Source of the DNA: Macrostomum lignano
Taxonomy: Eukaryota
DNA length: 34,188 nucleotides
Direction: 5' to 3'
Assembly: GCA_002269645.1 (NCBI GenBank)
Contig: NIVC01004822.1
Coordinates: 1 to 34,188 of the forward strand
This document shows positions 1-12,900 of the stretch, piece after piece (within the stretch, counting starts at the first letter, position 1; every line of letters starts with the position of its first letter). The translations under genes were made by a program, and so were the position numbers. The notes below the pieces were generated by a model. That model was not told where the DNA came from and did no database searches. It saw only the letters and a list, made by a program, of their open reading frames with translations.

Positions 1-73
1 TCATCTAGTCTATTTCAACAAAGCTAAACTTAAATTTCTTGTGATTTAGCAAATATGACCTTTAGCAATTTAG

Positions 74-725
74 GATCTGGAGGGTCTAGCAGCACCCACT
101 GAAGGATCTGGAGGGGTCTAGCGGCACCACTGAAGGATCTGGAGGGTGTAGCGGCACCCACTGAAGGATCTTGAGGTCTAGCAGCACCCACTGAAGGATC
201 TGGAGGGTCTAGCAGCACCCAATGAAGGATCTGGAGGGTCTAGCAGCACCCACTGAAGGATCTTGAGGGTCTAGCAGCACCCACTGAAGGATCTGGAGGG
301 TCTAGCAGCACCCACTGAAGGATCTGGAGGGTGTAGCAGCACCCACTGAAGGATCTGGAGGGTCTAGCAGCACCCAATGAAGGATCTGGAGGGTGTAGCA
401 GCACCCATTGAAGGATCTGGAGGGTGTAGCGGCAGCTACTGAAGGATCTGGAGGGTGTAGCGGCACTCACTGAAGGATCTGGAAGGTGTAGCAGCACCCA
501 CTGAAGGATCTGGAGGGTGTAGCGGCACCCACTGAAGATCTGGAGGGTCTAGCAGCACCCACTGAAGGATCTGGAGGGTGTAGCAGCACCCACTGAAGGA
601 TCTGGAGGGTGTAGCAGCACCCACTGAAGGATCTGGAGGGTGTAGCAGCACCCACTGAAGGATCTGGAGGTGTAGCAGCACCCACTGAAGGATCTGGAGG
701 GTGTAGCAGCACCCACTGAAGGATC
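74..725. repeat. 31-bp minisatellite (GCAGCACCCACTGAAGGATCTGGAGGGT[C/G]TA)n, ~21 copies
   Basis: Directly visible tandem unit with period 31; accounts for ORFs 30-742. Confidence 0.95.
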
Positions 726-794
726 TGGTGAGGTTTATACACGGTTTATGAAAATAACGTACATATGCTTAAAGCACAGAGAACTGTCAATTAC

Positions 795-1005
795 CTTGAC
801 TGCTAACATGAATCACTGCTGTCGAGTTTTCATTATCGTTTTGATCGCCAGAAGTCAGCGCTAGATTTCCGTTGTCAATCAACTCCTTCCAGCTTGCTGG
901 CTGCTGTGACAGAGCAGGCGGCATAATTTTAAGGAAATGGAAATTATCTCTGACTATAATTAGAAATAATTTTGAAAGATTTGAATCGACTCCGAGAGTG
1001 AGCAC
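795..1005 (-). other. candidate exon of an unidentified minus-strand gene
   Basis: Open frame (..MPPALSQQPASWKELIDNGNLALTSGDQ..) bounded by TTGTAG| acceptor at 1006 and AG|GTAATT donor at 794; no recognisable family. Confidence 0.3.
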
Positions 1006-3219
1006 CTACAAGTTCTTTTTTCACCCTAAACAGCTATTTTTCTCTGTAGAAATTGCAGTCGGCTCCTTTGATGTTTTGCTGCCTTGACAGTCATATATTT
1101 GTAGCCCATGTACACCCCACTCCGTTATCTTATTGGCTCTTGCAGATATTAAATACTGTTTACAATAATTTTTTCACCCACTATCCTGTCTATACTTACG
1201 GCTACTGTTAGTAGTCTGTTACGTTGCAAGTGAAATGCATTGTATTTCTTTGCAAGAATACATAAAATTAGCCTTACATACAAAAAAGCCAAAACAAAGG
1301 ACAAAAGGTGAAAGTTCAAGGTCCAAAGACCAATTGAGCGAAATGGTACATGTAAGCTAGGGTCACGCGGATTCTGCGTCATGCCAGCACTGTCGCAGGA
1401 GCACTGACGTATCAGCCTATCACCTGGGCTGAGCCCCCCCCCCATACATGTATGGGGTATGGGCCCTGTCACTCCTCAAAAGGTGCAGTGCTTTGGTAGA
1501 CAGCAGCAGCTGGCTGAGCGGTTATGAGAAAACAGTTCATATAGGTAAGAATTCCGCGCCATACAATTCCACCAGCTGATATAGTTTCTTTGCTATTTCA
1601 GCAAATAAACCGACAAAGCTTTGCACTGCTTTTAGCTTACATATATATAGTATACGTACATGTAGCTGTAGGCATAATGCAGGGTTCATAATCAACAAAT
1701 TAACCTTAACCTGGATAGCGGATTCAAGTAGAATATTTGACCAGTTGCGTTAAAATGAGTCATATTAGTCATATTAGTGCATATATGGTATTTTGTGTAT
1801 TAAGTATATCCTATTTAGTGATAACAAGTCATATTTGCGATTGCGAAATTGTCTTGTGTTTGCTTAAACTGCTTTCTAGGAATGTTGTAAAAATTCAAAA
1901 TAATGAAAATCAGCGGGTTTTAACGCCCGTTTCCCGTTATAATAATAATAATGATGATGATGATAATAGGGCCTTTTCATATTGCTTGTTGTGGTTCCAG
2001 AACCAGATCCAATTTGTAAAGTATTACTTTTTGTCTCCTACACTAGAGGGATAGACAAGCTATAATGTTGTAATTATTGAATGGCAATGGCCAAGAACAA
2101 TGTGAAAAATTGTGCAAAGTAAGGCTGCTGGCTGTTAATTAAGGCAGTTAGGCACTAGGTAGTCACTCAAACATTTAACAAAGTTACATAGATAGATAGT
2201 TATACTGCTTTTTTGGAAGATCCGAATGGATTCTGGTTCTGAAATTGGTAATGTGAAAAGCCTCATGACATAATAGGCATTAACAAACATTGAGTAGGCC
2301 TAAGATAAATATTATTATTTTAAAAAATAAAATAAGTAGGCCTAATCCTAGGATTCCTAGACTGTGCTGTACATCATTTGTCGAGGATATTTTAATGGCT
2401 CCAGCCAAAGTCATCATATTCAAGATTGTCATATCATCCATCCATCTATATGCAGGTTGCAAGAAAAACAACTCAAGTCTAAGTCTAAATCATCTAAATC
2501 ATCAATGTCTCAGCAATGGCAACACAGTTTCTCTAGTTAGGGGGGGGCAGGGGGCAGTAGTAGTTAGGTGGTCACCCCCCATCCTCTAAGGTAGATGGTC
2601 ACCCTTCTAAGAAAGTAAAAAAATATGAGTGGTCGAGTGGACAAGCGTGGTACCTGTGGTTTTAGGCTACTGGTTCAGTTTTGCTGCTATTTCTATTATC
2701 ATGTACTTTTAATTTGGTAGGTTGCTGCCACCAGACTAATGTCCCTTATAGTTAATGTTAAATTAAAATAAGTGAAACAAGAGTCAATGTTATGTAAGGT
2801 TATTAGAACACACAAAGAAGGTATTATTTAACACCAAATATGCAAAGAGTAAAGTTCACACTATTAGTTCCCTATGTTAACAATTCGGTAGACTCCGATT
2901 CTTAATTAGACTAATGGTAGACTCCCTTAGTCTTTCCCTATTTTATCTAACTGACTATACTTAATATTCCTATTCTCGGTAGACTCCGTTTTGACTAAGT
3001 GGTAGACTCCTTCTTAGCCTCCCTATTTTACCCTGGACTTACCCTTTAATTTCCTTTATGTTTTCAGAATTTTAGTATTTTTATCTTTCATACAAGGGGA
3101 GACTCCCTTATATTTGAGTTTGTGCTTTGAGACTTAGTCTCTGAAATATTGTCCTAATGGACGGCCTTGCATGGGGATGCTTTAGACTGATTGTCCCACA
3201 CGGGATGCTTTTCCCGAGG

Positions 3220-4059
3220 ACTATGACTATGACTATGATAAGTGCTTCCGGCGCCTCAGCCTAAGTAAAAAGGCTCTTACGCCACTAGAGATAAATAAGT
3301 TCCAGAATGGGAGTGTACTAATGTACACTAAAAGCCAAATTAGACTATAGAGGACTGTACAGGGCAGTATCAGAAAAACCAAACCTCCCCGGGGACAATG
3401 ACAGCAGTTCGACGAACCAGTCAGGAAGCCCGTGCCCAAAAAACCAGGTTAGAAGGCCCCCAAAGCCTATTAGAGATGGCCCGAAGGCCTAGAGCCGTGG
3501 CAACCATGCTGGGGCCGACCACCCACCACCCCGGGTACAAATCAAAAACCTCCCCGGGGCCAGAGGGGGTTGAGTGAACCATTCAGGGAAGCCCATGCCT
3601 ACTCCTGGGTTAGTTAAGCCAATGCCGGTCATTTGACCGCTCCCCACGGCCGTGGCAACCCAAAGGAGCCTCCCCCCCCAACTAAGCCCCGGGTACTCTT
3701 GCCAACAGACAGTCTCTTATCTTTGAAGCGGCAGGAGGGCTAATCGCCGGGACTGTTTCACCCTTTGCTTTGCCAACCCGCCATTTCTATTGTGACCGTG
3801 CCAATGGTCCCGTCCTGCTCAGACTCAGTCCTGGTTCTGGCACACTCTAGCTTAAATAGGGTCGCTGGCTGTACGCTCAGAGGGCGCCTGAGGGATACCG
3901 TCAGAGCACCTTGGTACAGGTATAGGCCTGCCTTCCTATACAGCTACCCACAGCCTCTCCCGATCCACTATTACCCTCCAACCCAGCCTACTCACTCATT
4001 ACAAGCTTTCAGCCAGGCAGAGACAAGTTTCACAGAAGTGACTGCGGTTAGGCGTCTCT
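3220..4059 (-). mobile_element. 5'-truncated non-LTR retroelement or non-autonomous derivative, ~840 bp, with 15-bp TSD
   Basis: Exact 15-bp direct repeat ATGCTTTTCCCGAGG at 3205-3219 and 4060-4074; (CATAGT)3 tail on - strand abutting the left copy; stem-loop GGCG..AGCCT-ttttactt-AGGCT..CGCC just before the tail; GC-rich island in AT-rich DNA. Confidence 0.65.
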
Positions 4060-5920
4060 ATGCTTTTCCCGAGGCTAAACAGCCTTTTACTAATAGAGGA
4101 ACCTGCTAGTACTCGAATTCCCACAACTTCAGATATTTCCCCGAGGGTGAACTACTAACAGTAGCGTAAAAGCAAAACTGCTTATTCTAGAATTCATGCT
4201 AATAAAATAATTCATCCTGACGAATGGCAAACGCTTTAGCAAAACTGCTTGAAACTAAACCCCCTACTACATGAGCAAATTATGATATACTTCTTACAAA
4301 ATGAATAGGCCTATACAACATGAAATTTCTTATAAAAATCCATTTTTAATCATTGATGCAAGTTGCATAAAAAGGGGTGACTATCTGCCCTCCCTTCCTA
4401 GGGTCTTTTTGAGGGCTGTGGGGATGGTGGGCCAGTCACTCCCCTTGAAGCAGTGACTTATGGTTACCCTAGGCCTAGGGCAGCTGCCCCCTGGCCCCCC
4501 TATCCCTCCCCTTATGCTGCCACTGCTATCTCAGCATTGGACAATGCTACATTTACTAGGCTGAGGCCTAGGTCTAAATAATCATTATGTTCCATTGGCT
4601 ATACAAGGATCTTGGCTTTTATAGCTACAACATGCCAACATGACTATATCATGTCATGAGATTGTTTGCCAACAAAAAATTTCTAACTTTAAATTATTTT
4701 CATAGGCCTAGGCATACTATTGCCTATTGGCTTAAAAGATATTCAAATGTTAAAGTCCTGCAGGTTGGCCATGTTTTATCATCAAATGACAATTTAGAAT
4801 ATGACTATTTTGAATCTTTTTTTTGTTTATACCCATTTTAATATCCTTATATAGGCCCCTAGTATTAAGTTTTCTATTATTTTGGGCAATCCTTCTGTAG
4901 GCCTACCCCTATAAATTCTAAAAAGGCCTTTTCAAACTAAAATAAAATATTTTAATTAAAGTAAAGTTAGAGTAGGCCTACTGTCTACAATCTAAGCTAA
5001 GGACTAAGCCTACTCTAACTCAAGTCAAGTAGTTAAGACAAATAAGTAAGCATCTAGGCCTAATCCTTGGTACAATCTTTTACCCTAGGCCTAAAATTAT
5101 ATAGGCCTAAGGATCATCTAGTCTATTTCAACAAAAGCTAAACTTAAATTTCTTGTGATTTAGCAAATATGACCTTTAGCAATTTAGTAATTGCCAATTG
5201 ATTTAGGCAAGTTCTTTTATAATTAACTTAGGGTTGGATCATACATGCCTAACCTCAAAATTTCACCCATCTGGTACAACTTATTTTTGTCTAGATTTGC
5301 AACTTAGTTTCTCCCAATTGCAACTTAGTTTCTCCCAATTGCGACTTAGTTCCTTTTGCAACTTAATTTTTAGTTTATATGATGACTTTTCTTGCCTTTT
5401 ACTCTTCTCTTCTCTTTCTCTTTATTTTTCCTCTTTCCCTTCTCTCTCTTCTCCCTCCTTTCTTTTCCTTTTCTCTTCCTTTCCTTTCTTTCTTCCCCCA
5501 ATTTTTCATTTTTTTCATTTTTGATTTTGCAACTTATCTTGGCTAGTGGCCATTTCACCTGTCCAGTTCAGACAGGTGTTGGGCATGTATGGGTTGGATG
5601 ACTAGAAAAGGACAATATCACATTTTTTTATTTTCAAAACAAGACCAATTTGATTAAGATTTAAGATTAATCCTAATTAGCATTTAGTTGGCCTTTTTAC
5701 ACTAGGCCTAGGCCTAATTTAACTATAAATGCTAATATGGTTAGGGCTTATTTTTTAATGTGTATAGGCCTAGGCCTAAGTATAATGATAACATTGCAAA
5801 GAAAAACAATAAATGAATATTTAATATTAAGCAGAATATTAATAATAATTTGGTATGTATCATTGTCAAATTCAAATATAAATATAATAATGATAGTATC
5901 ATAGACATAGTCATATTCTA

Positions 5921-6103
5921 TAGGCCCATACATGCGCAACCTTGGGAATCACTTGGCCATTTCTATTAGCAACACATACATGTAAGTCACTATTGGCTGA
6001 AAGCAGTGACTACTATTCTGTCCAATAGCAACTTACATGTGTGTGTTGCCAATAGAAACGGCTGAGTGAATACCAAGGTTGCACCCAAGCATGCATAGGC
6101 CTA
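5921..6103. repeat. ~180-bp imperfect inverted repeat (foldback, MITE-like)
   Basis: Core arms 5956-5996 and 6022-6062 match at 36/41 positions (all differences are transitions); pairing extends with gaps to 5921/6103. Confidence 0.8.
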
Positions 6104-6922
6104 GCTGCATAATTATAAATCTTGAATTTTTGAGATCTTAAATTTAAAACCAAGATTAAAATTAAGAATATTACTAAAATCTTGATGATCAAGAATAATC
6201 ATCAAAAAAGAGAGAAATAAGAGAAGTTGGTATGAAAAATAATGTTTTTTAATTATTAGTATTACTTACTTTATTTAAAACTAAAATTTATATGCAACAA
6301 TTTCAACTAGACAAAGAGTTGGTTGGGCTAAGATGGTTCTAGCTTATAAGTAGGGACATTGGATATTGGAATATGAATGATGGGATTAGCTGAGTAGGTG
6401 ACAAGGAGCAATTCCAAATGGGCTATAGATTAAGGTGTATTCCACTTGAGACTAGCCGGGGAAAGGGTGCCTAGATTCTTAAATAGCACTCTTATAAGCC
6501 AATAGGAAGAATAGGGTTACCCCAGGTAAGAAGAGAGTTTAATATGCAAAATATTACACTCTTTTTATCCTCTCTCCTTATCTCTTCTCAACTTCTATCT
6601 CTCTTCTCTTTTTTTCTTATCTCTAATCTCTTCCTCTTCTCTATCCCCTCTTATTTCTTCTCTCATTTGGTCTGTAGCAATCAACAGATTTTTATCTGGT
6701 CCTGTAGGTAAAAAAGGTTTGAAAGGGTAAAAATAACTAATAAAAGTTTCACCAATAGTCTTAAAGTGTGGTTAAAAGTCTAAAAAAAGCACTGGAGCAC
6801 TGATTTCTAACAGTTAGCATAAATAATACTATATGAATCCATGTAATCCATTTATGAGTCTAGACAGATATAAGTATAGTTTTTGCTAGACTTTCTACTC
6901 ATAGTAGCTAAAATTAGTCAAG

Positions 6923-9900
6923 ATGAACCAATCGGCTAGTGAGGCGCATGCTCGCAGCGTTGAGCAGCAGCTGCTGGAGCAAATTAAACGATTCTTTAAA
7001 CTATTTGGTCTTGTAACCGGCGTCTGGCTTATTGGCTATCTGGGCTTCAGTGTCACCTGGCTGGTAGTTGCTGTGCTGGCTTACATCATCACCAGTTACA
7101 TTAAAGAGCAAAGGAAGGTGCGAACTAAGGCTTTCCAAGCATTGGCAAGGTAAGAAGTCTTAGAGGCTCTTGTGTACCAGATCCTCAGTTTCTGGGCCAG
7201 CCTCCCAGATCCTCAGTTTCTGGGCCAACCTCCCAGATCCTCAGTTGCTGGGCCAGCCTCTCAGATCCTCAGTTGGTGGGCCAGCCTCCCAGATCTTCAG
7301 TTGCTGGGCCAACCTCCCAGATCCTCAGTTGCTGGGCCAGCCTCTCAGATCCTCAGTTGCTGGGCCAACCTCCCAGATCCTCAGTTGCTGGGCCAGCCTC
7401 CCAGATCCTCAGTTGCTAGGCCAGCCTCCCAGATCCCCAGTTGCTGGGTCAGCCTCCCAGATCCTCAGTTGGTGGGCCAGCCTCCCAGATCTTCAGTTGC
7501 TGGGCCAACCTCCCAGATCCTCAGTTGCTGGGCCAGCCTCTCAGATCCTCAGTTGCTGGGCCAACCTCCCAGATCCTCAGTTGCTGGGCCAGCCTCTCAG
7601 ATCCTCAGTTGCTGGGCCAACCTCCCAGATCCTCAGTTGCTGGGCCAACCTCCCAGATCCTCAGTTGCTGGGCCAGCCTCCCAGATCCTCAGTCGTTGGG
7701 CCAGCCTCCCAGATTCTCAGTTGCTGGGTCAGCCTCCCAGATTCTCAGTTGCTGGGTCAGCCTCCCAGAGTGTCAGTTGCTGGGTCAGCCTCCCAGATCT
7801 TCAGTTGCTGGGCCAGCCTCCCAGATCTTCAGTTGCTGGGCCAGCCTCCCAGATCCCCAGTTGCTGGGCCACAAGCCTCCCAAAGTGTCAGTTGCTGGGC
7901 CAGCCTCCCAGAGTGTCAGTTGCTGGGCCAGCCTCCCAGATCCTCAGTTGCTGGGCCAGCCCCCCAGATCCTCAGTTGCTGGGCCAGCCTCCCAGAGTGT
8001 CAGTTGCTGGGCCAGCCTCCCAGATCCTCAGTTGCTGGGCCACAAGCCTCCCAAAGTGTCAGTTGCTGGGCCAGCCTCCCAGAGTGTCAGTTGCTGGGCC
8101 AGCCTCCCAGATCCTCAGTTGCTGGGCCAGCCCCTCCCAGATCCCCAGTTGCTGGGCCCCCTATCCATCACTTACGCGGGTGTTGATTTATGATGTAAAG
8201 AGTCCTTAAATAATGTTTTGTGTTGCTTTCTTCCCTCACCCAGAGACGAGCGCCAATTCCTGGCTAACGTGGAGAACCTGCCATCCTGGGTGTTCTTCCC
8301 GGATGTGGAGCGGGCCGAATGGCTGAACTCCATTATCAAGCAGGCCTGGCCATTCGTCAAGGATTACGCAGTGTCTATCATTGAGAAACAGATCATGCCC
8401 GGGGTTAGGGACAACCTGCCTGGGGTGATTCAGGACTTACGATTTTCTAGACTGGATCTGGGCGATATTGCGCCACGTTTTGGCGGAGTCAAGGTTAGTG
8501 TTGAATTATTTTAATAATTCATTAATAAAGTAATCCAATATTTATCATGGTTATCAAATCGTCGTCATTTTTAATCCCATATATTTTGATACCAACCTTA
8601 AATCCTATTATTCCAAGTCTACATGTATTGGCTGCCTCAAATCCCACTATTCCCAATACATTGCTTCAAATCCCCCATTATCCCAATCCACTGCCTTAAA
8701 TCTTATTATCCGTAGTCCACTGCTTCAAATCCATTATCCCTAATCCACTACCTTAAATCCCCCATTATCCTAATCCACTGCCTCAAATCCCCTATTTCCC
8801 CCAATCCACTGCCTCAAACCGCCCATTATCCTCAATCTACTGTCTCAAACCGCCCATTATCCTCAATCTACTGCCTCAAACCGCCCATTATCCTCAATCC
8901 ACTGCCTCAAACCGCCCATTATCCTCAATCTACTGCCTCAAATCCCCCATTATCCTCAATCTACTGCCTCAAACCGCCCATTATCCTCAATCTACTGCCT
9001 CAAACCGCCCATTATCCTCAATCTACTGCCTCAAATCCCCCATTATCCTCAATCTACTGCCTCAAACCGCCCATTATCCTCAATCAACTGCCTCAAATCC
9101 CCCATTATCCCCAATCCACTGCCTCAAATCCCCCATTATCCTCAAGTTACTGCCTCAAATCCCCCATTATCCCCAATCCACTGCCTCAAATCCCCTATTA
9201 TCCTCAATCTACTGCCTCAAATCCCCCATTATCCCCAATCCACTGCCTCAAATCCCCTATTATCCTCAATCTACTGCCTCAAATCCCCCATTATCCCCAA
9301 TCCACTGCCTCAAATCCCCCATTATCCCCAATCCACTGCCTCAAATCCCATTATCCCCAACCCACTGCCTCAAATCCCATTATCCCCAATCTAATCCTTA
9401 GAAATTGAATATCCCGTACTCAATAATGTGCTCTAATATCCCGGTGCCGCCTCAAACACATTAACCAGGTGTACACGGGCGACAACACTCGCCGTTCGGA
9501 AATAGTGATGGACATGGACTTAATCTACTATGGCGACGCTAAAATCGAAATGAAAACAAAAGGCATCAAAGCTGGCATCAAAAGTATCGAATTGCGCGGC
9601 ATTCTCCGTGTCGTAATCTCGCCACTGATCCCTCGGATACCTATCGCCGCCTGCGTCACAGTCACGTTTCTTTCCGTGCCGTATTTGAACTTTGACCTGA
9701 CCGATCTGGGAAACATACTGGACCTGCCAGGCTTGAGGCAGATGCTTGTCAAAGTGGTTTCCGATCAAATCTCTGCTCAGTTGGTTGTGCCTAATAGGCT
9801 GTTGGTTCCTTTGGCTGGCGATGTGGACCTGACCGCTATGAAGTGGATCCTGCCGCAGGGGGTTCTTCGGTTTAAGGTGAAATATTTCGTTTCAAATCTA

Positions 9901-12900
9901 CCTATATGCATCTGTTTGGGGATAATTTTCCCATGGATTTTAGTGTCAGAGTTTGGGATTATTATCCCATTGGATAATCCTATGTTTAGTTTCATTGGGA
10001 TTATTATCCCATCGGATAATCCTATGTATAGTTTTATGGGGATTATTATCCCATCGGATAATCCTATGTATAGTTTCATGGGGATTATTATCCCATTGGA
10101 TAATCCTATGTATAGTTTTATGGGGATTATTATCCCATTGGATAATCCTATGTATAGTTTCATGGGGATTATTATCCTATCGGTTAATACTATGTTGTGT
10201 AGTTTCATGGGGATTATTATCCCATCAGATAATCCTATGTATAGTTTCATGGGGATTATTATCCCATCGGATAATCCTATGTATAGTTTCATGGGGATTA
10301 TTATCCCATCGGTTATCCCACTCCCAGCTGGTTAATGCTCCACCACCCATATGCAATGCAGGTAGTGGAGGCTCGAGACCTCAAACGCAGCGACGTGGGC
10401 CTGATCAGGTCCGGCAAGTCCGATCCCTACGCCATAGTAACAGTCGGCTCGCAAAAGTACACAACCAAAGCGATTGCCAACTCGCTTAATCCCGTGTGGA
10501 ACGCCGCATTCGAGGCCGCAGTCGATGTGCGACAGGGTCAGCTATTGGATATTGAACTGTTCGACGAGGATGCCGGATCTAAGGACGATGAGTTGGGATC
10601 TGCTAAAGTCGATCTGGGCAGCGTTGCTAGGGAAGGCGTTCTAGATACCTGGCTGAAACTGGATGATGTGGACACTGGCTCGGTTAGGCTGCGGATGAGC
10701 TGGGCCAACCTGATGGACACGGCCTTGTTTCAGGTGGGCGCTGAGTCTGTTGAGATCGGTGTGGGAGGCTGGGATCAGGTTAAGGTGACTGGGATGTGAT
10801 GTAGGGAAGGGAGGCTGAGATGTGATGTAGAGAAGGGAGGCTGAGATGAGATGTAGAGAAGGGAGGCTGAGATGAGATGTAGAGAAGGGAGGCTGAGATG
10901 AGATGTTGGGAAGGGAGGCTGATATGAGATGTTGGGAAGGGAGGCTGATATGAGATGTTGGGAAGGGAGGCTGAGATGAGATGTAGGGAAGGGAGGCTGA
11001 GATGAGATGTAGGGAAGGGAGGCTGAGATGAGATGTTGGGAAGGGAGGCTGAGATGAGATGTAGGGAAGGGAGGCTGAGATGAAATGTAGGGAAGGGAGG
11101 CTGAGATAAGATGTTGGAAAGGGAGGCTGATATGAGATGTTGGGAAGGGAGGCTGATATGAGATGTAGGGAAGGGAGGCTGAGATAAGATGTAGGGAAGG
11201 GAGGCTGAGATGAGATGTAGGGAAGGGAGGCTGAGATGAGATGTTGGGAAGGGAGGCTGATATGAGATGTTGGGAAGAGAGGCTGAGATATATTGAGAGA
11301 AGACTAAGAAAAGATGTAGGGAGATCGGAACATAGAGTATAAAGAGATTAAGATCTTAAGGTCTTAAGGTTCAGTCTTGATAAATAGTCATGAACTCCTT
11401 TTAATAACCGGTTGCCAGGCGCCCAGCACACGAGGCAGCGGTGGCGGCGAGTTCAGCCGGGCCTTCCTGTACGTCGGCGTTGACTGCTGCCGCTCTCTGC
11501 CCACGGTGAAGTGCGGCCAGGAGCCTTCAGCTCTGGTAAGTACAGCTAATTCCCCTGACTGAGTCTGGCACAGGTGTGCTTATGTCATCGAACCACCCCC
11601 TGTTCCTATGTACATATAAGGGAATCCCACCACTAGGCGCTCGCAATGTACACATAGTTAATCCCACCCTCAACAATGTACACATGGAGAATCCCACCCT
11701 CCAAAATGTACACATGGGAATCCCACCCTCCAAAATGTACACATGGGGAATCCCAAATCCCACGCTCCACAGTTTATACATGGGGAATCCCACTCCCCAA
11801 AATTTACACATTGGGAATCCCACCCTCCGCAATGTACACATGGGAAATCTCGCCCTCTAATGTACTGATTGGGAATCTCACCTCCAACCTACACAAAATA
11901 ACACGTATTGTCTCGCATATTAGCAAACTATAAGTTTAATTATCAAGCCCTATTAAATACACTACGAAGGCCAGAGAGTGGACAGCCTAATTTGTTGATC
12001 CCCTAATCTATAAATAATTGCTGCTAAAACCTCCAGGTGGAAATTAGCGTGACGGGCGGAGGCGGGGGCAGTGGCAGCAGCTCAACCGACGCGCAGCGCA
12101 CCGCCACTTTTGAGGACTCGCCAAATCCGATATTCGAAGCGCCGTTTCATTTTTTTGTATCCGAGCCTTCTATTGCAAGCGTACAGCTGACCGTTCTGCA
12201 CAGAGGTCGGCGGCGCCTTGGGCAGGTGCAAATACCGCTGCGCTTCCTGCTGCAGGAGGCCAACATGCAGCTGCATAGGGCCTGGGATCTCAATACTGAC
12301 AGTGGGACGCAGTCTCAGGTGAGAAGATAGTGCTCTATCTTTAGTGCAGTTTTTTATGCCCTATTTATGCCGTTTTTTAATTTGAGTAGTGCCATTTTGT
12401 GTCTGAGTAGTGCCATTTTGTGTCTGAGTAGTGCCATTTTGTGTCTGAGTAGTGCCATTTTGTGTCTGAGTAGTGCCATTTTGTATCTGAGTAGTGCCAT
12501 TTTGTGTCTGAGTAGTGCCATTTTGTGTCTGAGTAGTGCCATTTTGTGTCTGAGTAGTGCCGTTTTGTGTCTGAGTAGTGCCATTTTTATTTAAATAGTA
12601 CCATTTTGAGTCTGAGTAGTGCCATTTTTATTTAAATAGTACCATTTTGAGTCTGAGTAGTGCCATTTTTATTTAAATAGTACCATTTTGAGTCTGAGTA
12701 GTGCCATTGTGCGACCTGAATAGTGCCATTTTTAGTCTGAGTAGTGCCATTGTGTGACCTAAATAGTGCCATTTTGAGTCTGAGTAGTGCCATTGTGTGT
12801 CCTGAATAGTGCCATTTTGAGTCTGAGTAGTGCCATTGTGTGTCCTGAATAGTGCCATTTTGAGTCTGAGTAGTGCCATTGTGTGTCCTGAATAGTGCCA

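Noticed and set aside
3618-3630. GCCAATGCCGGTC, resembling (from memory) part of a rice twister ribozyme
   Set aside because: The downstream L4/T1/T2 elements are absent; the sequence instead forms a simple CGGTC/GACCG hairpin.
4217-4254. CTGACGA...GAAA hammerhead-like core
   Set aside because: No stem II closing pairs and no stem I/III with an NUH site can be formed.
4481-4525. CAGTGGCAGC..GGGGGCCAGGGGGCAGCTGCCC (- strand), resembling a DNA-transposon terminus
   Set aside because: No matching second end or TSD found; too short to call.
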